Source: Asterias amurensis
Taxonomy: Eukaryota
Direction: 5' to 3'
DNA length: 64,000 nucleotides
Assembly (NCBI RefSeq): GCF_032118995.1
Contig: NC_092653.1
Location: 7,123,031 to 7,187,030 of the forward strand
Under the pieces are notes generated by a model, which was not told the DNA's origin, made no database searches, and worked only from the letters and a program-made list of their open reading frames with translations. How positions within the stretch are numbered: position 1 is the first letter of the stretch; each line of letters opens with the position of its first letter. This document shows positions 22,766-35,024 of the stretch, piece after piece. The position numbers were made by a program, and so were the translations under genes.

Positions 22766-23434
22766 CTGTAGTGGTTTTAGCTATGCCTTCCTGAATCCTT
22801 TCTTTGGGTGTATCTGGTTTCTGAGGTGTAGGCATCTGCAGGCTGGGCGTCTGTGGTTTAGGTTGTACTACAGTCGGGGCCAACACGGGCTTGATACCTC
22901 CCACTTGTGAAAGGGTAACGTTCACCATCGGCGCCACAGACGCAATGGGTTTGGTGATCTGCTGTGGAGTCAGTCTGATCGACTGGGTCGTGGACGACAT
23001 GGTAGCTGTGCTTGTGGCCTGCGACTGCACAGCCTGCTGCTGCTGCTGCTGCTGCTGCTGGAGTTTCCGTTGCTGTTGCTGCAGCTGCTGTCGCTGCAGC
23101 TGTGCGAGTACTGATTGAAGCTGCTGGGAGGAGAATGTTGAGGTGGCCTGGCCTGCCGATGACGCCTGCGTCACTGCTTGCGCCAGGGCCTGTATGACAG
23201 TCTGTGCCTGGCTCTGGGCCAAGCTAGTCTGGCTTGTTGTCACTGACCCTTGGTTGAGGATGCTACCGGGTATCTGCGGGGAGGTGGCCTGCAGGGTCAT
23301 TTGGATGGGTACGGGACTGGAGCGAGATGGATTCTGCTGCTGCTGTTGTTGGGTTGTACTGGGTGATGTAAACCGAACAGCTGGTCGCAAGATTTGATGA
23401 CCGCTTGGCGTCTGAACAATTTGCACAATACCAC
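22766..23434 (-). CDS. SRCAP: Domino-type ATPase exon, Q-rich low-complexity insertion with a pure poly-Q run
   Basis: Acceptor tatctctgtttag|GTGGTATT, donor ACTACAG|gtatgg, phase 1->1, 669 bp stop-free. Peptide ...TTQQQQQQNPS...LQRQQLQQQQRKLQQQQQQQQQAVQSQ...KPQTPSLQMPTPQKPDTPKERIQEG. The (CTG)n run at 23030-23075 on + equals (CAG)n in the coding sense. Confidence 0.8.
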
Positions 23435-23869
23435 CTAAACAGAGATAACCACAAAAAACTGTTAACAATGTCAGGCATGATATTTGGCTCTTTGAAAAGG
23501 AAAGTAGAAACATTTTATCTAGTACAAGGGCTGACCTACATGAACACATGATGTAGGCATAAATAGACATTTCAGGCTACATAGTCACAACTTTTCTGAT
23601 TTTTCCCCCAAGGGCAAATCCAAATGGGAAAACATACTCAAGTAGGAAGACTATTATGCCCGTTGTATTAATTTATAATTATTATTTACTCAATAATTTA
23701 ATACAACGGGCATGACAGTCTTCCTACTAAAATGCTATTACACAACAAGTCTGTTAAGCAATACCAAAAACTTTTAAACTCTCATCAAGGGTAGTTTAAG
23801 GTTTGCAAGGAGAAAAAAAACGCAACCAAGTTTTTTTTTAAGCGGTACAATCTTTCCCTTTTAACTTAC

Positions 23870-23996
23870 TCTGAGACATCTGTCTGATCTGGCTCGCAGG
23901 TAGTGCTATCTTTGTAGTTTGGGTACCAGACCCACCTTGGAGCTGAACAGTTATTGGCTGGGTGGTAACAAACTGTCCCCGCCCTGCGCCAGATGT
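23870..23996 (-). CDS. SRCAP: Domino-type ATPase exon (insertion region)
   Basis: Acceptor cttctttttag|ACATCTGG, donor TCTCAGA|gtaagt, phase 0->1. Peptide TSGAGRGQFVTTQPITVQLQGGSGTQTTKIALPASQIRQMSQ. Confidence 0.6.
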
Positions 23997-24753
23997 CTAA
24001 AAAGAAGAGGAAAGTTGGAAAACCACATGAAATAGCAGAACACTTTTCCTACGAAAAAGACAACCAAACAACCAATCGTTCAAATGAAACCTGGTGCACA
24101 CTTTTCCTTACTTAGCCGGGTAAATGCCTAACAAGACCGCTAGGACTGGCCATATTAGGCACCTTGTCAAAACTATCCCCGGGAATATTCAGGGATGTCT
24201 GTCCCGGTCGTGGTTTTATAGGCGGGATGAATTGTTATTTAGTTTCTCTCCCGGTCGGCTGTCTCCCGGTGGTGGGCCACTCTGTCCCGGTCTTTGTTTA
24301 TACTCCCCTGCTGAGCTTTCTGCGGTTTGGCGCTGACAAGATCTCACACCCTCCAGGGCTTTTCAGCAGCGCAGGGCTTGAAATCTATCAACTGTGATTT
24401 TTAAATAACCTTTGCCAAAACAATAATGTTCCAAACATCAATCTGTGCTACTAGTTTTTGGTATGCTAGGATGGTGTTTAAATAACTTATATTACAATTG
24501 ATCCCTTATTGTGAAAAAACCCATCATGAATAAAGTTGTTTGATTAGGCATCATCGTGGCACAATATTTTTTACTCACGTGAAGGTTTTTTTTTTACCCA
24601 TCATGGAAGAAGACTGCATGGAAAACCTTTGTTAGGACAACCTACCTCCATGGAACAAAATATGAACTACACTTTGATTGTTTTTGAACCTATGATATTT
24701 AGTTTGAGAGGGAGGGTTACGTACTATGATCGTCGCAAAAGTTGTGCAGCATT

Positions 24754-26407
24754 ACCGTATTTTCCTGCGGATAAGACGCTCGGCGGACAAGGCGCAGGAC
24801 GCTAAAATGACCAAAAAAAATTCAAACGTCAGCAGACAAGGCGCACCGCCGCACAAGGCGCACGTTTAACCGCAAACAAAAGAACACCTGGCGCCACCCG
24901 GTGTCGGTACATTGACACAAAGACGTAACTTGTTGCCTTTGAGAACCTACGTATACCGACCTTTATCCAATCAGCCAACGCTGTATATTGTAAATAACAT
25001 AAAGTTCGGCCCAATCAGCGGGCAGAAACCATGGTCCACGCACTGTCTGAAATTAATTTTATTTGCAACATGAACACAATGCCTCCCTGGACACATCCGA
25101 CGTCCCCACAAACTACGAGGATCCTTGCTGATACAGATACATTGCAACGACAGACGGACGTAGCGTGTGGGTGTAGTAATGTATCCTCCGGCCGGGATGT
25201 CGCTGCATGCACATTAATATGCACATGTACACAGTGGATTGCACTGCTCAATCTCGAGATTGCACAACAGATGTTGGAGACCATGTGGGCACCGTATTGA
25301 ACGATGTTCGCCGACGGGTTGCGCTAAGCCGTCACATTTGCGCTGCCTGGAAATGCGCCAAAATTCCCACGTGACTGTGCGGATCCCAAGCATGCCCAGA
25401 CATAGCCTGAACGTATACATACGCAGTCAAATTCCATTGCGGACTTGAGAGCAGTGACTCTTGGGCATCTATATCACTGCACGTTCATTGTATCCAAAGG
25501 GAATCACTGGATCTAGCGGCAGGGACCTTCCGGATAAAGACAGGGGCGCAGTCTAGCCCAGACACGTCGAGTCTTGTCTCAATGTGTTTATTACTGGTTC
25601 ACGTAATTTTTACCAATAGAAGGCATTTAACCACACGCTATTACAAAGTTTCAAAACGCCCTGTAGCGTTCAATGTTTCTTGTATTTATTGTCACACTCA
25701 CAGTAACAACGACTATAGGCGTGATATCTGCTTTTGTGTTGCGTGATTAAATTTACAGACCTCGGAACGGTTGCGTTTTGGGGCTAATTTTCTGTGTCGT
25801 TTTGAGAGATTTTCGAGTCTTAACTTGGACATCGTTGATTTTACAGGCAAGTTTCATGCAAGGGCAACCATGATTTTAACAACCGTTCCTACCCGAAGTT
25901 TTGAAGCAATAAAATAAAATAAACCCTCAAAGTTTACCACACAATAGCGGTTGGGTGAATGACGTTTGTATGAAGTTATTGACTGTCCATCGTTTTCGGA
26001 ACGAATACCCAGCCACACAGAAAAACGTTTGTACACTGCCGACGTCTGTTGGACCGAAAGCTAGACGCATTGCGGCATTAATGGAATGAAAGCACGGTCA
26101 TGGGGAATAAACACGTTGCAGCATTGTTGGAATAATTGGACCGTCTGGGGGATTGCGGCATTGTTCGAACGAAAATACGGTCACAGTGTCTGAATAGCCT
26201 TGTTCGACCGCATTATTGAGTAAGGATTCTTCACACAAAGATCGTTGATTTGAACTGGACATGAAGGTATTTTTTATTTCACGTAGTGATCATAAAAAAA
26301 AATCAATCGTCAGCAGACAAGGCGCACCGAAAGATAAGACGCATCGATGTTTTTGGGGTCTAAAAAGTCAGATAAGACGCGTCTTATCCGCAGGAAAATA
26401 CGGTAAT
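24754..26407. mobile_element. 1.65-kb non-autonomous TIR DNA-transposon-like element in an intron
   Basis: 27-bp terminal inverted repeats ccgtattttcctgcggataagacgc ... gcgtcttatccgcaggaaaatacgg. Subterminal direct repeats cagcagacaaggcgcaccg. Internal ORFs are short and not transposase-like. Confidence 0.7.
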
Positions 26408-28114
26408 AGCAGGACTCAATAGTGTAGTGATATTTTTTCACACGATTAAAACAATAGGTCAAAGTTCTTGCATTTCTCCAGTTCATATGCCAAAAAGCAA
26501 CAGTTTAAATGATTTCTTAACATAAATAAACAACTGTTTGTTCTTACTTTTCAAGTAGAAAAAAAAAGAGTTTAAATCCCAAGTCACCGTCCATGCTCAG
26601 AATAAACAGGGAGTGTGACAACTTTACACGTGTGTGACACTGACAACTTTACATGTACATGTACATGTCACCATGCAGTTCGTCCACACCAGTTGTGTAC
26701 ATAGGCCTACAATGCGTGTGTGTCTGTGTGGGAGAAGCCACAGTCCCAGAGACGAGTGTTTCCATAGGCTGATGAATGTCCGCAAAGCGCGTAAGAATTG
26801 TTTTCATTGGTCGATTTTGCCCTACTGCCAGAGCGGTGTAAACAATTATATGAAATCGCGGAAGAAAGCGTTAGTCGTCGCCGGTGATTTTTTATTAATT
26901 TAGCGTCGTTTTTCTTGGGGGAAAAACTAATCAGTCCCTGCTAGAATACACTAGAGTTGCTTTTGAAAAATACTAGTATTGCAGACCGGTCTGAAATAGT
27001 TGCATGCTCATTGGAAGCATAACTGTTCGATTTATATGTTTATATTAGAGAAGCATTTAATAGTATTAAAAAAATGTTTGAAGTTGCTTTCATTCAACAC
27101 TGTTAAATGATTGATAGGGCGTCTAAATCATTGAAGGGTGGCAGGGTGTGGGGAGGTTGCGTTCGTTTTTAGGGGCGGCTGACTTTTCAAAATAAATGGA
27201 AAGAAAACCACAGTAAAATCAAGTACAATGGATATAAAAAGGTACAGTACCACAACAACAAAAATGTAATGATGTTTGAAGTACTGTGAGGTAAAAATAT
27301 GTGAGACTATTACTTATGTTGGAATTTGTTTTGTTAAATGGTTAGAAATGTGAACTGTGTATGAAGTGTGTAGGATTATAAACAAAACAAAAACGCTGCA
27401 AATGAAACTCAAAGTTGAATCCAAGTTAGTTAATGTTTACACGTAACAAATCAGTAACAAAAAAAGTACAAAACAAACCAACTCTGCAAATTATTAAAGT
27501 GTTTTCATCACGCATATAGTTCTTATACAATATTTTGAGAGAATAGTTTTCATGATGTCAACCAGGATTTACCAAAGTGCTAAATGATAGCTGCATAAAA
27601 ACTACTTGTGTAGATCCCAGTTCATATCCCAGTGTTGGCTTTATCTGGTTGAGAAAACCACAAACCACAAGCAGGTGACCTCGCTCAGTGGTGACCACAA
27701 ACAAGGCTTCCAGTAGAAAACGATCTGAGTGCTTGGGGCTAATCTTAAAGAATGTTAACATACAGCTCAGCTGTCAGTGAAGTGTCCCGGAATAATCCCG
27801 CTATGAATTTGAAAGCTATACTAAATGGACCGGGAGGAAAAACGTCCCCGGGTTAGAATATCCCTGTGTTTTCCCGGGGATAGTTTTGACAAGGTGCCTT
27901 ACCTCTTCAACACAGGAGCGTCGTCATAAGAGATTTGGGACTGAAAGCTCTGTATCAAAGCAAAACGAATATAACAGTGCTTTTCATAACCAGGGTCGAC
28001 TATCAGACTTTATTGTTCCTTCAAAAGTCATTTGGATTACATAAACCTGAACAAGTTTCCCCTCGTGTTAAATTTACTCCCCGATTTTCATCCTATCAAC
28101 CAAACTTGACCAAC

Positions 28115-28305
28115 CTGCTGCTGCAGATAGAATCGTTGCTGACCCGGTGAGGTACCTGCAGACGACACGATCCCAGTGAACCCCGGTAGCTGCTGCAGAG
28201 AGGTGGTACTGGGCACCGGGTGAGACACCAACGTCAACGAGGGCATACCCGTAGAGGAGGGGGTGGAGTTGACCACAGCCAAGGAGACACTGGGTGAACT
28301 TCGAC
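28115..28305 (-). CDS. SRCAP: Domino-type ATPase exon (S/T/P-rich insertion); donor uncertain
   Basis: Acceptor atcatctgcag|GTCGAAG. The donor CAGCAG|gttggt at 28115 keeps phase with the next exon. An alternative donor TCTGCAG|gtacct at 28156 would break phase unless an undetected exon lies in the 4-kb intron. Peptide GRSSPSVSLAVVNSTPSSTGMPSLTLVSHPVPSTTSLQQLPGFTGIVSS... Confidence 0.5.
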
Positions 28306-28854
28306 CTGCAGATGATATTCAAAACAGACAATGTCAACAGGGAACGGATTCATTCGGCAATTTTGCACAGCAAAATATTTTGACTGAACAGATTTTGTTC
28401 ACAGTGAATGCTGATAATGAGTAACGAATGATGATTATTGAGTAGCAACTGACACATTTTGCAGAGCATTTTGCTCTGCTATACAAGGGAAACCGTTCAC
28501 TGGTCAACACTTAAAAAATATCATTGCAATGCCTTTAATCGTCATGCACTGTAAAGCCAGGGTATATTTCCTGCAAATGCGAAGCAATTTGTTTGGCATC
28601 ACAATCGGAAGGGGAATGCTATCAGATTAATGGGCCACAGAAATTCGCTTCACATTTGCAGGAAGTATGAAACAGGCATAAATTACAGAAACAGTACAAA
28701 TTATACAGTACCTGAAAATTTTTTCAGTTAATTTTTTTAATCATTTGGTTGTTGAAAACGACTAGAAAAAACGAAAGCCAACTTTAAAGTAGAAGGTCTC
28801 TCTCTCTAATGGTTTCCGGATGCGCCCCTCATAGAAGCTTAGACCTTATCTCAC

Positions 28855-29272
28855 CCTGTGTTGGCGTACTTGTTGTTCTCAGCATTTGAATTCCCGCAGC
28901 CGACCTAACCAGCACGTGGCTGACAGTCGGCGTGGACTGACCTGCTGTGGTAGTGACTGCAGTCTTCATCGGCTGACTGACGACGACCGGCGAGGCTTTA
29001 GTCTGCTCAGCAGGCACAGGGGATACTCGGTCCGTGGGGACGATTGCCACCGAGTCTTTCTGTGCCTGACTCACAGCAGATGCCGGTGGTGGGAACAGCT
29101 TCCCCGGCTTGAACTTCATGGGCTGGGGACGAGGTGGCAGGTCGGGGGCAGAGTCGATCTCCTCGATGAGTGGGCGGGGCGTCTGTAGCTGTTTGATGCG
29201 GTGAGCAGCGTAGGCAGGTAGGATCATCTCCAGGTTGGCTATGCACATTCTGAGAGCATTCAGGCTGACATT
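28855..29272 (-). CDS. SRCAP: Domino-type ATPase exon, start of the inter-lobe insertion
   Basis: Acceptor gtgttcctgtag|AATGTC, donor CACAGG|gtgaga, phase 0->1. Peptide NVSLNALRMCIANLEMILPAYAAHRIKQLQTPRPLIEEIDSAPDLPPRPQPMKFKPGKL... (compare SRCAP ...APDPPPRPKPVKMKV). Confidence 0.8.
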
Positions 29273-29440
29273 CTACAGGAACACAAAACATAAAAGTTTT
29301 CTTATGGAATTCCCATTTAATTACTATTCCTAGTTTAGTTTACATTAGAAACACCAAAATATGATTCAATCCCTCATTTAAATTCATGCACCCGTCCAAA
29401 AAAAAAACACACAAAAACATGTTTACTATTTTTGTCAAAC

Positions 29441-29580
29441 AAAAATGTCTACCCCGACAGGAACCATGGGACAGGGGGCTTCCATCCCATGGGTTTTATG
29501 AGGTACTTTTGATCTATCCCTTACTGTAATAAACCAAGATGATAGTGAGATAGCTATCATCATGGGCGTTGAAGGGAAAC
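29441..29580 (+). repeat. interspersed ~140-bp repeat (family E), copy 1 of 3
   Basis: aaaatgtctaccccgacaggaaccatgggacagggggcttccatcccatgggttttatgaggtacttttgatctatcccttactgtaataaaccaagatgatagtgag..agctatcatcatgggcgttgaagggaaa. Also at 30238-30380 and 35471-35608. Confidence 0.8.
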
Positions 29581-29768
29581 ATGAGTAATGCTGTAGCTGC
29601 TATGAAAAAAGGACGCATTAAGACTAAATTCTGTGAGGACTCTTAAAACATGTATCAAATTGATAAGGGTGAAATTTATTTCTAATTTTGTCAATTCAAA
29701 TAAAAGTCTGAAATCACCCAACCCTGAAAACAAGATATCCAACCACCAAGTGGTGGGACGATAGTTAC

Positions 29769-29955
29769 CTTGTGAGGGTCGTGCTCCAGAGCCTTGGTAA
29801 TCAGAGAGGCCGTGTAGTAACGGATGCCTTCCATCTTGAAGGGGGACTGGATCGGCCGAGACTCAAACAAGTCGGGGTGGTTGCACACCTTACGCAACTG
29901 CATCAGGACGTTGATGACACTCATGAAATGGCCCGATGAAAGTGTCTCTCTGGTT
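29769..29955 (-). CDS. SRCAP: Domino-type ATPase exon, end of N-lobe
   Basis: Acceptor taatttcatcag|AACCAG, donor CACAAG|gtaact, phase 2->0. Peptide KTRETLSSGHFMSVINVLMQLRKVCNHPDLFESRPIQSPFKMEG... matches SRCAP TKETLATGHFMSVINILMQLRKVCNHPNLFDPRPVTSPF. Confidence 0.95.
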
Positions 29956-30532
29956 CTGATGAAATTAAAGTGGACTATTTTGTTTAGATTTACAGTGTCA
30001 ATGTCTGAATCATTGCAACCCAACACATGTCAGAAAAAAATTAACCCATTTTTAGGTTAGATCAGAATCTAGAATTTGAGGTGTGGTTGTATCTGGCAGA
30101 ATCACTCAAGTTTAAGTAAACACAACATCTGTTTCCAAATCTCAAAATAAGTAAATAGCTGCTCAATCCCCCCCCCTACACATTCAAATTCATGCTCCAG
30201 TCAATAAAAGCAAACCATGTTTAATATGTTTCTGAAATAAAAATGTCTACCCCGACAGGAACCATGGGACAGGGGGCTTCCATCCCATGGGTTTTATGAG
30301 GTACTTTTGATCTATCCCTTACTGTAATAAACCAAGATGATAGTGAGAAAGCTATCATCATGGGCGTTGAAGGGAAACACGAGTACTACTGCTATGTAGT
30401 ACTGCTATGAAATTGACCATTGTTCTCTCTTGATCTTGCAAGTCTCGTCGAACAAGCAGTGGCAATAAAATTGATGAAAAGCTAACAAAAATAACAACTA
30501 AGTTTAAGTCGAAGAGTAAAATGTGGACTTAC

Positions 30533-30669
30533 TTGGCTTGCGACATGAAGTCATCGTATAAGAAACGTTGCCTCTTAGACAGTCGACATCTCACAACGTG
30601 TTCATACTTCTGGGGAAGTTGTTTCTCCACTTCGCACTTCAGACGCCGCAGAAGGAATGGTCTTAATAC
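30533..30669 (-). CDS. SRCAP: Domino-type ATPase exon
   Basis: Acceptor tttctctccag|GTATTAAG, donor GCCAA|gtaagt, phase 0->2. Peptide [45 protein letters not shown] matches [49 protein letters not shown]. Confidence 0.95.
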
Positions 30670-31109
30670 CTGGAGAGAAATCCAAACCACGCTTTTTAAA
30701 CTGATGTCTAAACTTAAGTTTATCTTTCATTCAGGATTCTGTTCAACCATGTTACCAAAGCATTTCACAATTATTCAGCTGGACCAATTTCATAAAGATG
30801 TTTAGCAAGCCATATTTTTTTAACAGGGCACCAGTTGCAACAATGTTAACATTTTTGGGGGCTAAGCAGGTTTTTTGTGCTTCAAGACTTTACAAAGTTA
30901 GGCCCAAGGCATACCTTTAAAAAACGTGTTTCATAAATGGGTCTCAAAATTCAAAAACATGAGTTAAGCGCTTTGAGATGCTCATAGATTAAGCAACGTA
31001 TCAAAACTAGTTAGGTGTTCGGCCACAAGCCGAACAACTATTGTTATTGTTCTGTTTTTTTTTGTTTTTTTTCTGCGTGTTCTTCTCCTCGAACGTTCTC
31101 GCGCGATTT

Positions 31110-32090
31110 TCGCAAAAACTAAAGCTTGTATGAACCTGAAACTTACCATATATATTGATCTTAATGAGTAGACGAAACAGCAACATTTTTGGAATGATGA
31201 CGTCATTGATGACGTCATTACGTTCAAAAAAACGCTAAAAATTGGAGAGTTCATATCTTGAGAACTACAAATGCCACACACAAGATATTTGGTGCATATA
31301 AAAGGTCTTGTAATTAGCTACAAAAGTCGTGCACAACGTGACCTCATGTGACTTTTACTTCCGGTTGAAACCGGAAGTACAAAATTTCAAAAGTTCATAT
31401 CTCAAGAACTATATATCATATTCGCAAAATTTGAATATCAGTTTGAAGATCAGTTATCCTGCTCAAACTTTTGCACAAACATAATGCCAGTTGAATTTTG
31501 CCTTCTGGTCGTAAAAGCGCGCGTTTGTGTTGACCTCCATTCATTACGCGTAGAAACCAGATAGTATCGCCATTCATGTATGTGAATGCTACTATTGTAT
31601 TGTGGGTGTGTGGGTGTGTGTGCATGTAGTTCATGTAGGCCTACATTGTATCCATGCTCTACGACAAAACAGCACTGCGTGGCTGTGGGCATTACGGGTT
31701 GTGTATACACATGCAGACTCCGTTGAAGGTGCGCGTAATTCAAATTCCACTACGCTGGCATTCGCCTCATCTTCGTGCGATTTTGAACAAAATGTTAAAC
31801 TACTATGAACTTGTTGAACAAAACTAACGCTTGTATGAACTTGAAACTTACCATGAACATAAACCTTAGTGTGCAGACGAAACCAAAACTTTTTTGGAAT
31901 GATGACATCATCGATGACGTCATTACGTTAAATAAACGGTAAATAATTGAAAAATTCATATCTTGAGAACCACAAACGCTACGTACAAGATTCTTTCACT
32001 ACATGAAACCTCTTGTAATGTTCTACAAACGTTGTACACAACGTGACCTCATTTGACCATTCACCCGAACACCCTGAGTTTGTACACAAA
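31110..32090. repeat. two ~330-bp intronic duplicate blocks each carrying paired palindromic TGACGTCA (CRE-type) sites
   Basis: 31110-31440 and 31790-32090 share ...ttttggaatgatgacgtcattgatgacgtcattacgtt... / ...ttttggaatgatgacatcatcgatgacgtcattacgtt..., followed by ...catatcttgagaac.acaaa.gc.ac..acaagat...gtgcacaacgtgacctcat.tgac. Confidence 0.7.
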
Positions 32091-32120
32091 CTCTCAATTT
32101 CTAGTTATTATTATTATTAC

Positions 32121-32340
32121 CTTATGAAGACGTCTGATGAGGCCCTCGTTGTACTCCTGCGTCCCTTCAATCATCCCACTCAGCGGATTAGAGAACCACT
32201 CTCGGAACTCCCGATGTGAGGCAAAGACATGGGGCATCAGGAAGTGCATCAGGGACCAGAGCTCCATCAGGTTGTTCTGAAGGGGGGTACCGGTCAGGAG
32301 GAGGCGACGCTGGCTGTTGAAGTTGAGTAACGTCTGCCAC
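32121..32340 (-). CDS. SRCAP: Domino-type ATPase exon, motif III region
   Basis: Acceptor tatatcaccag|GTGGCAG, donor CATAAG|gtaata, phase 2->0. Peptide RWQTLLNFNSQRRLLLTGTPLQNNLMELWSLMHFLMPHVFASHREFREWFSNPLSGMIEGTQEYNEGLIRRLHK matches SRCAP. Confidence 0.95.
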
Positions 32341-32434
32341 CTGGTGATATAGGAAGACATTAATCAGGACCCAATTTCATGGCTCTGCTTAGTGTATAGC
32401 AGGTAATTTGGGCTAATATGTGCATGTACTAGTG

Positions 32435-33079
32435 CTGGGCGAATAGTGAAATTTTGTTATTCAGATACCGCTGGCCAACTATCCGAAATTAACCGGATAT
32501 TCGAATAGTTTTTTTCGCCGCTAGAGGGCGCTATAAAAAAAATAAAAATAAAAAAATATTTAGAAAAATATTTTTTTTGTCGCTAGAGGGCGCTGTTCGT
32601 TTGTGAATGAGATCTTCTGGGCGGATTGATATTAGTTTTAGACAGTGTCACTCGGTTCATTCATAAAAATGACCGGATCTAATTTAAAGATGGCGATTTG
32701 CTTTTTCTTTTGATCGTGGATGACTCTACGTGAAGGAAAACTTTTGTAATCTTTGAACAAATTACGTCAGAAATGTCATTGTTTTGACTCTTCACGGAGG
32801 TGAGCATAGTTAAATACTTAATTTATGCTGTTTTATGCTGTCTTAATAGAAGTTTCATTAGGATTCAGACAAAACATTCATGTCAGTTGTCGCCCGACGT
32901 CCGCGGATATTCGGATATTAAAGAATATCCGGTTACTTGGTTGTAATTACAGAACTATCCGGTTTATAAATAGCTATTCGCGCCCTATGCGGATATCCGG
33001 TTAAGAAAAAAAAGGCATTCGCGGTTACGGATAGGAAAACCTATTCGCCATTAACCGGATATTCGAATAATTCGCCCAG
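32435..33079. mobile_element. ~650-bp foldback/TIR element in an intron
   Basis: Termini gggcgaatag...ccggatattcgaata // tattcgaataattcgccc are inverted. Internal duplicated cgctagagggcgct blocks and poly-A/T. Confidence 0.6.
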
Positions 33080-33340
33080 GCCTAGCATGTACGCCCTGTC
33101 ACTAGGCATTCTATGCTTACACAGCTAGCGCAGAAATTTGGCGCTTGCAAGAAAGTGGAGAATGGTGATAGTAAGCGGAGAATGGTGATAGTCAGCACAG
33201 AATTCAGCGGTCAGTTGAGCAATGAAATTAGAGCCCAGGACTTCAAGTGGAAATTTGTGGCCTATTCAAACAGAAAAATTTCAACATTTGTGCAAGCACT
33301 TGGAATTCTTTGGGAATATTCAAGTATCAAACTTCCGAAC

Positions 33341-33497
33341 AGATATTTGATGATGTATCTAGCAAATAAATGCTCATGTGTCACTGAACGACAAAAGAAC
33401 ACTGGTGGCTAGACGATTGCTTTAATCTTCGAGGAGGATAGCACCATTCACCCACTGATTTGAATGAATGGTGCGCGATCCTCGTTCATAAATAAAG
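33341..33497 (+). repeat. SINE-like ~150-bp interspersed repeat (family D), copy 1 of 5, all intronic in the Domino-type gene
   Basis: Consensus ctatctagcaaataaatgctcatgtgtcactgaa.gacaaaagaacactggtggctagacgattg.tttaatcttcgagg.ggatagcac.attcacccactgat.tgaatgaatggtgcgcgatcctcgtt. Other copies at 34371-34522, 37087-37220, 41512-41655 and 43876-44012, all in the same orientation. Confidence 0.8.
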
Positions 33498-33831
33498 ATC
33501 TCCCAAGTATCAATAGGTTGGTCCACACTATATTTCAACTGAATCAACATGAAAAGAGTTTGTTTTCCACTGACATTTATCATCCCTGACCTTTGTGAGT
33601 GAACTCATGAGTCAACAAGAGTGGTCCCAGTCCTGATACTTCGTGGAGGCAACAAGGCCATTGCCTCCATGCCCCATTGCCCCTGAAATGCTCAAGTACA
33701 AATTTACAATTTCCTCATAGGGTGCCCTTTACCAAGGAGGAAATGCCTTGGTGCCCTTGCCCTTCCAAAAAAAAAGCATACCAGCCTGTGGTCAACTTTC
33801 TTTTGGGATAAATTCCAACCTTCCCGCTTAC

Positions 33832-33974
33832 CTCTGCGATTTGAAGTTCTTGATGTTCTGAGCCTCGTCCAGGACGAGGTACTTCCATTTTTTCCTGCGG
33901 AAGGATTGATGGTCCTGGATGACCAGCTTGTAGGATGTGATGCAAACGTGGAATGCATTACTCTTGGTCCAACC
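33832..33974 (-). CDS. SRCAP: Domino-type ATPase exon, motif II (DEAQ box)
   Basis: Acceptor ccttgcttcag|GGTTGG, donor TCGCAGAG|gtaagc, phase 0->2. Peptide GWTKSNAFHVCITSYKLVIQDHQSFRRKKWKYLVLDEAQNIKNFKSQ matches SRCAP. Confidence 0.95.
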
Positions 33975-34887
33975 CTGAAGCAAGGAGACAAGTACAAGTA
34001 CAGTGAATAGATAGTTCCCACATGACGTAAATCGGCCATCTTTACGGGCAATTTGGAACACAAAGCCATGTGTTTTGCGCGAGAACAGCGTGCAACACGC
34101 GCAGAATTCACAAAACTTGTTGCCTGATTGGTTAGTAAATAGCGTGGTTGCATTAATAAACTGAGCGCTTGACGCGCCTGCAAGCTTAAATGCAATTTGC
34201 CCGTAAAGATGGCGTCTATTGCAACTTATCTATAGGTGGGAATTTAATGTGGTACAACCTATGCTGACGGAACGTCAATGTAACTAAATAATAAATGTGC
34301 ACATTAACACCTACATGGTTGTACCCGCGAGTTTACTATTATTTATAGTTTATTCTTAAAGAGATATTTGTCTGATAATGTATCTAGCAAATAAATGCTC
34401 ATGTGTCACTGAAAGACAAAAGAACACTGGTGGCTAGACGATTGCTTTAATCTTCGAGGAGGATAGCACCATTCACCCACTGATTAGAATGAATGGTGCG
34501 CGATCCTCGTTTATAAATAAAGATGTTTACTGAGTATCGGTAGGTTGGTTCACACTTCATACAAAAATATTTGTCAACTACAGAAGACATTCGTCTTAAT
34601 TGTTTGCTTTCAAAATTACTTTTGATTTTAATTTAAGACAACAACCAGAGTCAACCAGAGTCAAATTATTTCTAAAGAGTCTGGTCTGGCATTTATTTCA
34701 AGGAGTCTATGAAGGCCACGGCACCCTCTGCCCCGGTCTTGGCCTTGGTGCCCATTCAAAAATTTTCCATAGACTTTAAGATTTTCCAAGGGAAGTGGCC
34801 TTTTCAAAAAGAAAATGGCTTACCCCTCTCAAAGATGAAATTTGAGGCCAGTAAAATGGCACATCTATAAGATGTATTTGACATTAC

Positions 34888-35024
34888 CTGTCTCTTCAGT
34901 TTACGTTCTTTCTGCGAGCCAAAGTACGTTAGGATCTTGAAGCCAGGACACCATTTCTTGAACTCTAGCTCCCAGTTCAGCATTACGCTGGTGGGTACCA
35001 CAATCAGATGAGGACCCCAGTTAC
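34888..35024 (-). CDS. SRCAP: Domino-type ATPase exon, SNF2 N-lobe
   Basis: Acceptor gttgtgtttag|GTAACTGG, donor AGACAG|gtaatg, phase 1->0. Peptide [46 protein letters not shown] matches SRCAP [46 protein letters not shown]. Confidence 0.95.

Noticed and set aside
25015-25448. Short ORFs inside the 1.65-kb TIR element
   Set aside because: None resembles a transposase, and they overlap each other on both strands. The element is judged non-autonomous.
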